A stretch of DNA of 64,000 bases from Erythrobacter sp. Its GTDB lineage: Bacteria; Pseudomonadota; Alphaproteobacteria; Sphingomonadales; Sphingomonadaceae. The translations under genes and the position numbers were made by a program. The notes below the pieces were generated by a model that searched no databases, was not told the origin of the DNA, and worked only from the letters and a program-made list of their open reading frames with translations. The stretch is from positions 8,006 to 72,005 of the forward strand of contig JASBTD010000016.1 in assembly GCA_030148605.1 (NCBI GenBank), read 5' to 3'. Within the stretch, counting starts at the first letter, position 1. Each line of letters begins with the position of its first letter. This document shows, in pieces, positions 10,646 to 20,317 of this stretch.

Positions 10646-10731
10646 CAGGTCCTACCCGTTAGGGCGGACAAGGTAAAGCCGTCGCGCGCCATGATTGACT
10701 CGCGCCACACGCCGCTTCATGCCTTTGCACC

Positions 10732-11415
10732 ATGCCGCTTCCCGAACCCAAGGTTTCAGTCCGCCAAATGGGCCGCGAAGGTGAGCCGCTGGTTGTGATC
10801 GACAGTTTCAGCGGCAAGGTAGAGGAGCTGCGCGAAGCCGGTTATGCCGCACAATATCAGGATGCAGGCGCTCACTATCCGGGTCTGAGATCCTGGGCCG
10901 ATCCGGGCTATCTGGACCTGCGCAGGCCCTTGATGATCCAGATCATGCAACGGGTTTTCGGCCTCACACGCGGCGTACAAATGGATGCCTCTACCTTTTC
11001 GCTTGTCACCCTGCCTGAAGAGGAGCTGAGCCCCCAGCAGCGCATCCCGCATTATGATCACGAGAGCGACAAGGTCATCGGGATCATGCATTACCTGCTG
11101 GGCCCGGAAAGTGGCGGCACTGCGTTCTACCGGCACCGGCGCACCGGCTTCGAAGCGATCACGCCCGAGCGCATGCAAGCTTTCTTCGCGGGCCTTGCCG
11201 ATGACGAGAGCGAGTTCGGGATGATCCCGCCGCGCTATCACCATGGCGACAATGACTGGTTCCAAATGATCGACGAAGTCGAGGCGCAGCCCGACCGGAT
11301 GATCATCTATCGCGGGCGGCAGCTGCATTCCGGCATCATTCCAGATCCCGCCGCGCTATCTGCTGATCCGCGCAAGGGCCGGTTGACGATCAATATGTTT
11401 ATCCGCGGTCGTTGA
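10732..11415 (+). CDS. DUF6445-family protein (2OG-Fe(II) oxygenase-like)
   Basis: PLVVIDSF, YPGLR, QRIPHYD (HxD), GGTAFYRHRRTGFEAIT, YRGRQLHSG and RLTIN. Confidence 0.75.
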   Translation: MPLPEPKVSVRQMGREGEPLVVIDSFSGKVEELREAGYAAQYQDAGAHYPGLRSWADPGYLDLRRPLMIQIMQRVFGLTRGVQMDASTFSLVTLPEEELSPQQRIPHYDHESDKVIGIMHYLLGPESGGTAFYRHRRTGFEAITPERMQAFFAGLADDESEFGMIPPRYHHGDNDWFQMIDEVEAQPDRMIIYRGRQLHSGIIPDPAALSADPRKGRLTINMFIRGR

Positions 11416-11496
11416 GCAGATCATTCGTCCAACGAGGGATGACACCTTTCGCAAGCTGTGCGAGCATCGCGTAAAGATGCAGGAGAGGGAATCGCT

Positions 11497-12735
11497 ATGG
11501 CAAGCATGGCAATTGAACGCGAACGGCCGGTCACTCCGATCGACCTTAGCGAGAACACACTCTACACCGAAAATCGTTGGCACGCGCCATTCACTGAGCT
11601 GCGCAAGACCGCACCACTTAGCTTTCGCGAGGAGAGCCCGTTTGGGCCATACTGGTCGGCGGCAACGTATGACCTGATCCAGCAGGTAGAGCTAGATTGG
11701 GAAACCTGGTCGTCCAGTTGGCAGCGCGGCAACATCACCATTGCTGACTCGGTCAACGAGATCGAGTTTCCCAATTTCATCGCGCAGGACCCGCCGATCC
11801 ACACCGCACAGCGCAAGGTCATTTCTCCAGCATTCGCGCCAAGCCAGATGACGACACGCGAACAGCAAGTGCGCGCGCGCTGCAAGAAGCTGCTCGACGC
11901 ATTGCCCGAAGGCGAAACCTTCGACTGGGTCGAGCGGCTATCGATCCCGATGACGCTGGGCATGCTTTTGATCCTGTTCGACATGCCGTTTGAGGAATGG
12001 CGCGATCTCAAGCGCTGGTCCGACTGGGCGAGCGGCGTGTCTGCTGACAATCTCAACGATGAGTATCGCGCGGAATTCCTCGAACAGATGGGGCAAATGC
12101 TCCAGCGTTTCGACCGCGAGTTGGAAGACCGTCGCGCCAAACCGCCAAGCGACGATCTGCTCAGCCGAATGATCCATTCTGAAGCCATGGGAAATATGAG
12201 CGCGATGGAACGGATCGCCAATATCGCGCTGTTGATCGTGGGCGGGAACGATACCACGCGCAATTCGATGAGCGGGTTGGTCGAAGCCTTGCACCTGTTC
12301 CCTGACCAGCTCGATGCATTGCATGAAGAACGCTCGCTGATCCCTAACGCGGCGCAGGAAATCATTCGCTGGCAATCGCCCGTCACGCATATGCGGCGCA
12401 CCGCAACGCGCGATACCGAGCTTGCAGGGCAAGCGATCCGCGAAGGCGAAAAGATCATCCTGTGGTATATCTCGGCCAATCGCGACGAAAGCGTGTTTCC
12501 CGATGGCGATCGCTTTGACGTGCGGCGCGAGAATGCACGCAGGCACCTGGCATTCGGGCATGGCATTCATCGCTGCGTCGGAGCGCGCCTCGCCGAAATC
12601 CAGATCGCTACGCTGATCGAGGAAATCGTCGAGCGAAATTGGCGCATCGTGCCGCAAGGCGCACCGACCCGCCTCGCCAGCCCATTCCTGCATGGCTTTA
12701 CCGAGATGCCGGTGAAGATCGAGATGCGGAGCTGA
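11497..12735 (+). CDS. Cytochrome P450, CYP153-like
   Basis: I-helix [20 protein letters not shown] (ExxR) and heme motif [10 protein letters not shown]. Confidence 0.9.
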   Translation: MASMAIERERPVTPIDLSENTLYTENRWHAPFTELRKTAPLSFREESPFGPYWSAATYDLIQQVELDWETWSSSWQRGNITIADSVNEIEFPNFIAQDPPIHTAQRKVISPAFAPSQMTTREQQVRARCKKLLDALPEGETFDWVERLSIPMTLGMLLILFDMPFEEWRDLKRWSDWASGVSADNLNDEYRAEFLEQMGQMLQRFDRELEDRRAKPPSDDLLSRMIHSEAMGNMSAMERIANIALLIVGGNDTTRNSMSGLVEALHLFPDQLDALHEERSLIPNAAQEIIRWQSPVTHMRRTATRDTELAGQAIREGEKIILWYISANRDESVFPDGDRFDVRRENARRHLAFGHGIHRCVGARLAEIQIATLIEEIVERNWRIVPQGAPTRLASPFLHGFTEMPVKIEMRS

Positions 12736-12740
12736 ACGCC

Positions 12741-13721
12741 ATGTACACACTCTATGGCGCGATCGCTTCGCCCTATTCGATGAAGATGCGCAGCCTGCTG
12801 CGCTATCGCCGGATACCGTTCGTGTGGATTGATGGCGAAGCCGTGGCCGAAGCGCTGAAGCACGTGCGCGCGCCGGTGATCCCCGTGCTCGAATATCCCG
12901 ATGGCCACTTTGCCAATGATTCGACCCCGCTGATCTATGACCTCGAAGCGCGCCATGCAGGGCGCAGCGTGGTGCCGCGCGATCCGGCGCAGGCATTCCT
13001 CGCGCATCTGCTGGAGGATTTCGCTGACGAGTGGATGACCAAGCCGATGTTCGGCTATCGCTGGCTGGAGGATGTCGACCAGATCCAGATGAGCCGCTGG
13101 CTGGCGTTTGACCGGCTGCACGGCGGGGGCATTGCCCGCAGCCAGTCCGAAGCGGAAGCGTTTCGCGCCCGGCAGGTGGGCCGCATGTCGATCGTCGGCT
13201 GCACGCGTGAGAACTTCCCGCTGATCGAAGCGTCTGCGCGCGCTGTGCTTACCGCGCTGGAAGCCCATGTGACCGATAGCTTCTTCCTGTTCGGCTCGCG
13301 CCCGAGCCTGGCCGAATTCGCGCTTTACGGCCAGCTTTCGCAATTGGGCACAGACCCTACACCGCAAGCGATGATGCGCGCCGAATATCCCTATGCCTAC
13401 CGCTGGCTCGCGCATATGGATGACCTCTCCGGCCACGAAGGCGAGTGGTCAGGCGAGCCTTCCGCTTGCGCGCTGGAGCTCGTGCGGATTTCCGGCGAAG
13501 TCTACGCGCCGTTCCTCGCTGCCAATGCCGCAGCCATCGAAGCGGGCGACAGCGAGTTTGGCTTTGAAGCGCTGGGCCACAGCTATGCCCAGGGCACCTT
13601 CAAATATCAGCTCAAATGCCTGGCTGACTTGCGCGCACGCTATGCCGCGCTGTCGGACGCGGATCGCGTGCGCGCCGACGCATGGATTGGCGCCGCGTGG
13701 AGCGAATTGCTGGGCGGATAG
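12741..13721 (+). CDS. Glutathione S-transferase family protein
   Basis: YTLYGAIASPYSMKMRSLLRYRRIPF, IPVLE, NDSTPLI and FLFGSRPSLAEFALYGQL. Confidence 0.85.
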   Translation: MYTLYGAIASPYSMKMRSLLRYRRIPFVWIDGEAVAEALKHVRAPVIPVLEYPDGHFANDSTPLIYDLEARHAGRSVVPRDPAQAFLAHLLEDFADEWMTKPMFGYRWLEDVDQIQMSRWLAFDRLHGGGIARSQSEAEAFRARQVGRMSIVGCTRENFPLIEASARAVLTALEAHVTDSFFLFGSRPSLAEFALYGQLSQLGTDPTPQAMMRAEYPYAYRWLAHMDDLSGHEGEWSGEPSACALELVRISGEVYAPFLAANAAAIEAGDSEFGFEALGHSYAQGTFKYQLKCLADLRARYAALSDADRVRADAWIGAAWSELLGG

Positions 13722-13737
13722 GATAGTCCGGCCTGCA

Positions 13738-14394
13738 CTAGCCTGCAGGCTGAGGGCGATAGGTTTCGCGCAAGTGCTTGAGCCCGGCTGATACGAATTC
13801 TGCCGCTTGCGGGGCCAGATCTTCCAGCTTCCCGCCGAGCCGCCCGTTGCGCCATTGATGGCACAGCAGTTCTGCCGGGCCCAGCATGAAAGACTGGATC
13901 ATCGCCGGGGGCAGCATCGGCAAGCGCCCTTCGGCCAGATGCGGCATCGCCCACTGCATCACCGGCTGCTCGATCTCGACTGCCAACTCGCTCCACATCG
14001 CCTTGTTCTGCGCGAGCCATTCCGAATGGCTGAATTGCGAGATCAGGCGGAAGTGGCGCTGCGGATCGCGCGCCTGAAACAGGATCGCCCCGCGCGCGCC
14101 CTCACCCATCGCATCGCAGGGGTCGCCCTTGTGGCTGATGATACATTGCCCGACATAGCCAAGATACTCGCTGCGCTCGCGCACGAAGATCGCTTCAAGC
14201 ACACCGTCTTTCGAACCGAAATGATGGAATATCGAGCCGTTCGAAACGCCTGAGCGATCGACCAGCTCTTTCATCGAGACATTTTCATGCCCCACTTCGA
14301 CCACGAGTTCGCTGGCGGCTTCCAGCACCTTTTCCCGTGTCGGTTTGCTCCGTGCCTGAACCATGTTTCGCCTGTGGCCTATTCGCTTGCTCAT
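13738..14394 (-). CDS. TetR/AcrR-family regulator (start may be about 10 codons downstream)
   Basis: VLEAASEL...VSMKELVDRSGVSNGSIFHHFGSKDGV helix-turn-helix. Confidence 0.9.
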   Translation of the reverse strand: MSKRIGHRRNMVQARSKPTREKVLEAASELVVEVGHENVSMKELVDRSGVSNGSIFHHFGSKDGVLEAIFVRERSEYLGYVGQCIISHKGDPCDAMGEGARGAILFQARDPQRHFRLISQFSHSEWLAQNKAMWSELAVEIEQPVMQWAMPHLAEGRLPMLPPAMIQSFMLGPAELLCHQWRNGRLGGKLEDLAPQAAEFVSAGLKHLRETYRPQPAG

Positions 14395-14399
14395 GTCAC

Positions 14400-14454
14400 T
14401 CTAGATTTATTTTCTAGATTGATGCTCTAGACTATCGATCTATTTTTGTCTAGA
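14400..14454. promoter_or_regulatory. TAGA-N7-TCTA operator array (4 x TCTAGA)
   Basis: TCTAGA at 14400, 14413, 14426 and 14449, in the intergenic region between the divergent tetR and repeat-protein genes. Confidence 0.65.
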
Positions 14455-14522
14455 GGGTGATTCGTTCGCGACGCAAAGCGCGACTGATTCGAAACGACAG
14501 AGAGACATTTGGAGAGAGACCC

Positions 14523-15452
14523 ATGACCAGTAATACAAAGACCCGTTCGCACCTCACGCTGCTGCTGGCAGGCGTTGCCATGGCCGGGGCTGCGGCCACG
14601 CCGGCGCAGGCCGGCCCGTTCGATTTCATCAAGCGCGCGGTCAAACAGGAACTGAAAGAGACATTTGAAGCGACGACGGAAAGCGTGGTTGAAAGCGCAA
14701 TGCAGACTGCGGTCGAGACCACTTTCAAGGTCGAGAAAGGCGAGCAGGCACAGGCAAGCCGCGAAGGCTTCCGTCAGGAAGGCCACACCACTGTCGGCAC
14801 TGCAGATGATATCCAGGCGCCCGAGCTGGCTCAGGCACAGGTCGGTCGCGGCCGCACTCAGGCACGCGCCGGCATCGGTGAAGCCATGACCAGCCAGAAC
14901 GGCACCACGGTGGAAACTGCCAGCGAAGTGCAGAGCGATCCAGCTGCGACAGCTGCCGATGCTGAGCCGCAGGACGCCTTCATGACCTTTAACGGCCCAG
15001 ATGCAGCTGCGCGTTCAAGTGTGCAGTATCCGTATCGGCTTGAAAACAAGATGAGCCAGAACGGAACCACGGTTGAAACCGCCAGCGAAGTGCAAGCTCA
15101 ACAGCGCCCGCAGGCTGTCCCGCCCTCTCAAACCAAGGGCAAAGTGGAAGCCACTTGGAAGTTAGAAGAGGGCGAAGCCGCGGCAGCCGGTGGCGGTGCT
15201 GCCGGCGCCGGGAAGGCAACGTTCAAGGAGTATCGAACGAACCCGGCTCGCGCCCGGATGAGCCAGAACGGCACCACGGTTGAAACCGCCAGCGAAGTGC
15301 AGGCTCCGCAGGCCGAACAGGCAGGACTGTTGCTACCTGCTGTTCAAGCCAATCGCGCGGCTTCACGCCCGCAACGTGGCAAGCTGAGCCAGAACGGCAC
15401 AACCGTCGCCACGGCAAACGAAGTGCAGGCGCCAAATCGCGAACGCGATTGA
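14523..15452 (+). CDS. Secreted repeat protein of unknown function
   Basis: Signal peptide ending AQA. Four SQNGTTV(E/A)TA(S/N)EVQ repeats plus one degenerate copy. Followed by a terminator. Confidence 0.8.
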   Translation: MTSNTKTRSHLTLLLAGVAMAGAAATPAQAGPFDFIKRAVKQELKETFEATTESVVESAMQTAVETTFKVEKGEQAQASREGFRQEGHTTVGTADDIQAPELAQAQVGRGRTQARAGIGEAMTSQNGTTVETASEVQSDPAATAADAEPQDAFMTFNGPDAAARSSVQYPYRLENKMSQNGTTVETASEVQAQQRPQAVPPSQTKGKVEATWKLEEGEAAAAGGGAAGAGKATFKEYRTNPARARMSQNGTTVETASEVQAPQAEQAGLLLPAVQANRAASRPQRGKLSQNGTTVATANEVQAPNRERD

Positions 15453-15475
15453 TCTGCGAGCCAGCTGCGCAAGAT

Positions 15476-15506
15476 AAAGGGGCCTCGCCAAGCGCGGGGC
15501 CCCTTT
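15476..15506. terminator. Bidirectional intrinsic terminator
   Basis: aaaggggcc...ggccccttt stem between convergent genes. Confidence 0.7.
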
Positions 15507-15511
15507 CACAT

Positions 15512-15913
15512 TCACACGAAACGCATCATCCCTGCGCCCGCGAGAACCCAGCCGATCACCAGCGTGACCAGCGGCCAACCGCGCCGCATCGCCGCAAGGT
15601 TCTTGAGCCAGGTCTGGAAGTAAAGGTCCGATATCGCCATCACCACCAGCGCCTCAGCCATCATCAAGCCGCCGATCGTTTTCATCACCATCGACAGGAT
15701 GTCAGCCGAATCCCACGGATTGATGAGGTAAATCGCCGCACCGATAAAAAGTTCTGCAAAACCGCATAGCAATTGCAGCGCGGGCGAGGCTTCGATCTCG
15801 TCTACCATCTTGGCCCAGATGCCCGGCTGACGCAGCGCGCCGATGGCAACGGCAATCGCAAAGGCACCCAGCAAGGTCGCGCTCCAGGCGACTGTATCGA
15901 ATGTCGTTTCCAT
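15512..15913 (-). CDS. Hypothetical 4-TM membrane protein
   Basis: Hydrophobic helices; GGAGAG precedes ATG 15913. Confidence 0.7.
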   Translation of the reverse strand: METTFDTVAWSATLLGAFAIAVAIGALRQPGIWAKMVDEIEASPALQLLCGFAELFIGAAIYLINPWDSADILSMVMKTIGGLMMAEALVVMAISDLYFQTWLKNLAAMRRGWPLVTLVIGWVLAGAGMMRFV

Positions 15914-15941
15914 CGCTCTCCCCCCTTTCCGCGAGCGCGCC

Positions 15942-17498
15942 CTAACGCGCTGCCTCCAACTCGATCTTCCGCCGCGTTTCGCTGCAGCGCGGAGTATAGA
16001 CGAATTCCGCCGCGCTATAATCGATATGCGGGATCTCGTCCTTCTCGCGCCAGTAATCCTGATTGTGGCGCCATTCGGGCTTGTCACCGCGGCGCGGCAA
16101 TTGATCGAGCCCGCGCATCAGATAGCCGGGATTGAAATTGTCCGCTTCGATCCAGGGGTGGAGCTCCATCGCTTCATCTTCCGGCCGCAATGCCACTTCG
16201 ACCCGCGCCGCGTGCTCCTGGTCCATATGATTGAGCAAGCCGCAGACGAAATCGCCCAGCATGTCGACCCGCAAGGTCCAGCTGGCGCGGAAATAGCCGA
16301 ATACCCATGCCATATTGGGCACGCCGGTGAACATCATCCCGCGATAGGTGACTGTATCGTGCCAGTTCACTCGCTCGCCATCGACGAAGAAGGGGATGTC
16401 GCCCATCACCGACAGATGAAAGCCAGTCGCTGCCACGATCAGGTCAGCTTCGATGTCCTCGCCAGACGCGGTCCGCACGCCGCTTTCGGTAAAGCGGTCA
16501 ATCGTGTCTGTCACAACGGTCAGCTTGCCTTCCACTGCGGCGCGAAACACGTCGCCATCAGGGCAGAACGCCAGCCGCTGCTGCCACGGGCGGTATTTGG
16601 GGGTGAAGTGCGGTTCGAATTCAAAGTCCGGCTTGCCGGTGAATGCGCGGATCAACTCGCGCAGTTCCTCTACCACAACGTCCGGTTCTTCCTGACAGCG
16701 TTTGGTGAGCACATCCTGGTCATGCATGATTTGTGCGCGCACCACGCGGTGGATAGTCGGCTCGTCAATCCCCACTTCGCGCAAGCGATCAGCCAGCTCG
16801 TTCTTGTTCTCGCTGCAATAGAAATAGGTTGGCGAGCGCTGCAGCATGGTCACATGCGCGGCTTTCTCGGCAAATTCGGGCACCACCGTGGCCGCGGTCG
16901 CGCCAGAGCCGATCACCAGCACGCGCTTGCCGGCATAGTCATAATCCGGGTCCCACAGCTGGGCATGCACGAAATCGCCGCGGTAGTCTGACAGGCCTTT
17001 CTCCTGCCATTCAGGCGGTATGTACGGCGTTTCGTGATCGTAATAGCCCTGGCACATCCACAGGAAGTGGCAGGTGAAAGTGAAGCTGGCTCCATCCTCC
17101 AGCCGCTCGGCCTCGACTGTCCAGAGATTGGTCTCGCGCGAAAACGCACAGCTGGTGATCCGGTGACCATAGCGGATGTGATCGCCGATCCCGTTCTCTT
17201 CGATCACTTCGCCCATATATTTCAGGATCTCGTCCGCACTGGCGATCGGCGGGCCGATCCACGGCTTGAAGCGATAGCCGAAAGTGTAGAGATCACTGTC
17301 CGAGCGCACACCGGGATACTTGTGCGTTTCCCAAGTTCCGCCGAAGGTATCCTTCATTTCCAGGATGGCGTAGGTCTTGCCCGGGCATTGCTCCTGCAAA
17401 TGGTAGGCCGATCCGATCCCGGAAATCCCGGCTCCTGCAATCAGCACATCGAAATGCTGCGGGGCTGCATCCGGCCCGATACGTTCCATCGCGTTCAT
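15942..17498 (-). CDS. Flavin-containing monooxygenase (EthA/Baeyer-Villiger type)
   Basis: GAGISG, GGTW...YPGVRSDS, YRGDFVHAQLWDP (FxGxxxHxxxW variant) and GSGATA. Confidence 0.9.
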   Translation of the reverse strand: MNAMERIGPDAAPQHFDVLIAGAGISGIGSAYHLQEQCPGKTYAILEMKDTFGGTWETHKYPGVRSDSDLYTFGYRFKPWIGPPIASADEILKYMGEVIEENGIGDHIRYGHRITSCAFSRETNLWTVEAERLEDGASFTFTCHFLWMCQGYYDHETPYIPPEWQEKGLSDYRGDFVHAQLWDPDYDYAGKRVLVIGSGATAATVVPEFAEKAAHVTMLQRSPTYFYCSENKNELADRLREVGIDEPTIHRVVRAQIMHDQDVLTKRCQEEPDVVVEELRELIRAFTGKPDFEFEPHFTPKYRPWQQRLAFCPDGDVFRAAVEGKLTVVTDTIDRFTESGVRTASGEDIEADLIVAATGFHLSVMGDIPFFVDGERVNWHDTVTYRGMMFTGVPNMAWVFGYFRASWTLRVDMLGDFVCGLLNHMDQEHAARVEVALRPEDEAMELHPWIEADNFNPGYLMRGLDQLPRRGDKPEWRHNQDYWREKDEIPHIDYSAAEFVYTPRCSETRRKIELEAAR

Positions 17499-17567
17499 CG
17501 CACGCCTCTCCCTTTATCTCATCGCCCGATGAGTGGCAGAGCGCAGCCTATCATTCCTTGATCGGAA

Positions 17568-19394
17568 TCAAAAAACCTCTTCGAACCGGCTGCGATCGAC
17601 GGACTCGGGCCAGCCGAACCTCTCCCACACTTGCGGCATGCCCAGTTCGCGCGCGAAGGCGGGGAATTCAGGATGCGCACGCAGCTCGCGCGCTTCCTTC
17701 GTATTGCCCCACAGATGCACCAGCGCGCCGGGCAGGTAAGTGGTCGAAACCTTGCGCGCGGCATGCATGAACAGCTCTGGCCGCCCGATCATGATCGGCA
17801 CCAGCAAAGCGCCTGAATTGGGCTGCACCTCGCCGGCATCGATCCGTTGGCGCATTGCAGCTGCAAGCGTGTCACGCGCCGCATCATCGCGGTCAACAAT
17901 CGCGCGCGAGACGCGGCCGAGGCTGGCTTCAGAGCCGAACAGGTTTTCAAGCAGCGGGGCAAGCTTGGCAAAATGCTTCTCAAGGAAGTCCAGCGCCTCT
18001 GCCTGTTTGGCGCGATCGGTCTGCAGCCAGGCGACGATCAGCCCCGCCGGCAACACGCCATTGCCGAACGCTTCGAGATAGGCGTGCTCCGAATTGTCCT
18101 CATCGCCCAGGATATGGCGCGCCGAGCTGAGCAGCGATTGCCCGGCATAGGACATCGGCTCGGCCTGCATCGCGTGTTCCAGATGCGCGAGCCCTTGCCG
18201 CATCAACCCGCACCCCACAAGAATGGTCGACAGATGAAATTCCGCCAGCGACTGCCCCGGCATCCGTTCTGACAGTGCTTCCACCAGCTGCGCATGCGCA
18301 TCCAGCCGCCCTTCATGCGCGGCGGCAAACAGCCGCGGCACTGTGGTGGTTGGCGCATCGGGCGCGAGCGCCACCGCTTGCGCGGTGGCATGCCGCGCTT
18401 GTTCAAGGTGATGCCGCCAATCGGGCGTGTGCTGGTATTCGAGCATGAAATAATGCGCGATTGCCAGGAATGCCCAGGCTTCAGGGAAAGTCGGATCACG
18501 CTCGACAACCTTGCCCAGCAGGTCGATTGCCAGTGGCAGAGAGCTTTCACCATCGCGCCGGTGCGTCGCCGCGCGCCCTTCCAGGAACATATCGAACAGA
18601 TCATGCTCGCGATGATCGGAGGCGGGATGGTCACCCTCGTGCTCCAGATCGAGTGCGCGCGAGATATTGGTAACGCTTGATTTGGCCACGCGATCATAGA
18701 GCGCGAAAAGCTCTTTCGCGCTGCCGTCAAACTCTTCCGACCAGCGATGGAAGCCGTCACTGGCATTGATCAATTGCGCGGTGATGCGCGTTACCTCGCC
18801 TGCTTGCCGAACCGAGCCTTCGACCACGAAAGCGACGTTGAGCTTTGCTGCAATGTCGCGGAATTCCACCTCTGCCCGCGCCAAGGCGAAGCTGGAGATC
18901 CGCCCCGCCACATGCAGCCCGTCAACATGCGCCAGCGAGTTGATGATCTCCTCTGCGATCCCGTCACCGATATATTGCTGGTCACGCCCGTTCGCGGTCA
19001 TCACGTCAAACGGCAAGACCGCCACCGAATGCGGCGAGATGGCCGGGCGCAATCGATCTTCTGGCGCGCTTGAGCGCGCGGCATCAGGTGCTTCAACGGG
19101 AGCCACCAACCTATAGCCATGCTTGGGGATCGTCTCGATGCAGGATTGCTTGCCCGCGCTGTCATCCAAGGCATGGCGAAGGATAGAGATTGCGCGCGAC
19201 AAGCGCTCATCGCCGCCATAACGCACATCCCATATGTCTGCGATCAATGCTTCGCGCGATACCACTTCGCCCGCATGATCGGCCAGCATGCGCAGCACCG
19301 CCATCACCTTGGGCTCGACGGTAACGGCATCGGAACCGCATTCAACGATCCGCGCCGCGAAATCGACATGTGCATCGCCGATGGAAATCCGCAT
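17568..19394 (-). CDS. OmpR/PhoB winged-helix + TolB-like + TPR transcriptional regulator
   Basis: VEPKVMAVLRMLA...VSREALI..IW and IETIPKHGYRL; SVAVLPF, DGIAEEIINSL and VVEGSVRQAG. Confidence 0.85.
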   Translation of the reverse strand: MRISIGDAHVDFAARIVECGSDAVTVEPKVMAVLRMLADHAGEVVSREALIADIWDVRYGGDERLSRAISILRHALDDSAGKQSCIETIPKHGYRLVAPVEAPDAARSSAPEDRLRPAISPHSVAVLPFDVMTANGRDQQYIGDGIAEEIINSLAHVDGLHVAGRISSFALARAEVEFRDIAAKLNVAFVVEGSVRQAGEVTRITAQLINASDGFHRWSEEFDGSAKELFALYDRVAKSSVTNISRALDLEHEGDHPASDHREHDLFDMFLEGRAATHRRDGESSLPLAIDLLGKVVERDPTFPEAWAFLAIAHYFMLEYQHTPDWRHHLEQARHATAQAVALAPDAPTTTVPRLFAAAHEGRLDAHAQLVEALSERMPGQSLAEFHLSTILVGCGLMRQGLAHLEHAMQAEPMSYAGQSLLSSARHILGDEDNSEHAYLEAFGNGVLPAGLIVAWLQTDRAKQAEALDFLEKHFAKLAPLLENLFGSEASLGRVSRAIVDRDDAARDTLAAAMRQRIDAGEVQPNSGALLVPIMIGRPELFMHAARKVSTTYLPGALVHLWGNTKEARELRAHPEFPAFARELGMPQVWERFGWPESVDRSRFEEVF

Positions 19395-19629
19395 CAAGCC
19401 TGCCCCCTGAAGCGCTTCGCAAAACGCTGACTTGCACTGGAAGAATGCAACAAATCTCCCAGCAATCATGCGACCTTAGGCCACCCTAAGAAAAGCCTCA
19501 ACTTTCGGGAAGGACTAATTTCTCCAGGCGTCCGAAGAATGGCAGCGCGGATCAGGACGCAGTTCAATGACCCATCATTGCTGGGGGTCTGATCAGCAGC
19601 ATTGAAAACTGATCAACAGGGGAACCTTC

Positions 19630-20106
19630 ATGACTTACGCAAAGAGATTCACACGCGCCGTGGCAGCGGCAACGCTGGCCGCCGGCGCTTTCGCTCTCAC
19701 AACGCCAGCGGCTGCGCAAATGGTGCCATTCGAAGATTACGAAGCATCAGATGCGGTTTATGAAATGGTCACTGTCGATATCGAACCCGGCGAGTTCGAG
19801 ACCTATCTCGAAAACCTCAAGAATACCTGGGTGGCAGCGAATGAAGTGGCCAAGCGCCTTGGCCATATCGAGGATTACGCGATTTACAGCAACACTAATG
19901 GCGCAGGCGATGACTTCGACCTGCTGCTGGTGATCAAATACGCCAGCACGGCTGACCTGACGCCAAGCCGCGAGCGCTATCTCGAATTCATGGAAGCCTG
20001 GGGCAACCAGAATGAAGACAGCAACCAGCGCACTGTGCGCGAAGTCTACAACAAGATCCGCGAACTGACCGGCCAATGGCACGTTCGCGAAATCACTCTC
20101 AAGTGA
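19630..20106 (+). CDS. Exported hypothetical protein
   Basis: Signal peptide ending AAA-Q; host-like codon usage; divergent from the wHTH-TPR regulator. Confidence 0.8.
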   Translation: MTYAKRFTRAVAAATLAAGAFALTTPAAAQMVPFEDYEASDAVYEMVTVDIEPGEFETYLENLKNTWVAANEVAKRLGHIEDYAIYSNTNGAGDDFDLLLVIKYASTADLTPSRERYLEFMEAWGNQNEDSNQRTVREVYNKIRELTGQWHVREITLK

Positions 20107-20197
20107 TCCCGAGTTCCCTGGCTTTCTGCGACCCGGCCGGGGGAAAACGTAGCACCGGGCAATGACGGTGCTGCACACTCGACACCACCGTGTCGAT

Positions 20198-20239
20198 GGG
20201 CTGACTGGCTCCTGATCTGGCCAGTCAGCCCACTTTTTT
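20198..20239 (+). terminator. Intrinsic terminator
   Basis: gggctgactggc...gccagtcagccc 12-bp stem followed by a T6 run. Confidence 0.8.
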
Positions 20240-20317
20240 GCCCCTGCCAATTGCGCTACTCGGAATTGCGCGCCAGCAAGGCTATCGGCTGTGCAAACTT
20301 GTTCGGGGGAGAAGACT

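Noticed and set aside
14886-15428. Four ~45-bp direct repeats with unique spacers, superficially CRISPR-like
   Set aside because: Spacers are 81-162 bp and all multiples of three. Repeat differences are mostly synonymous, everything lies in one ORF, and there are no cas genes. It is a coding repeat.
15843-16991. 382-aa plus-strand ORF
   Set aside because: It is an antisense shadow of the flavin monooxygenase gene.
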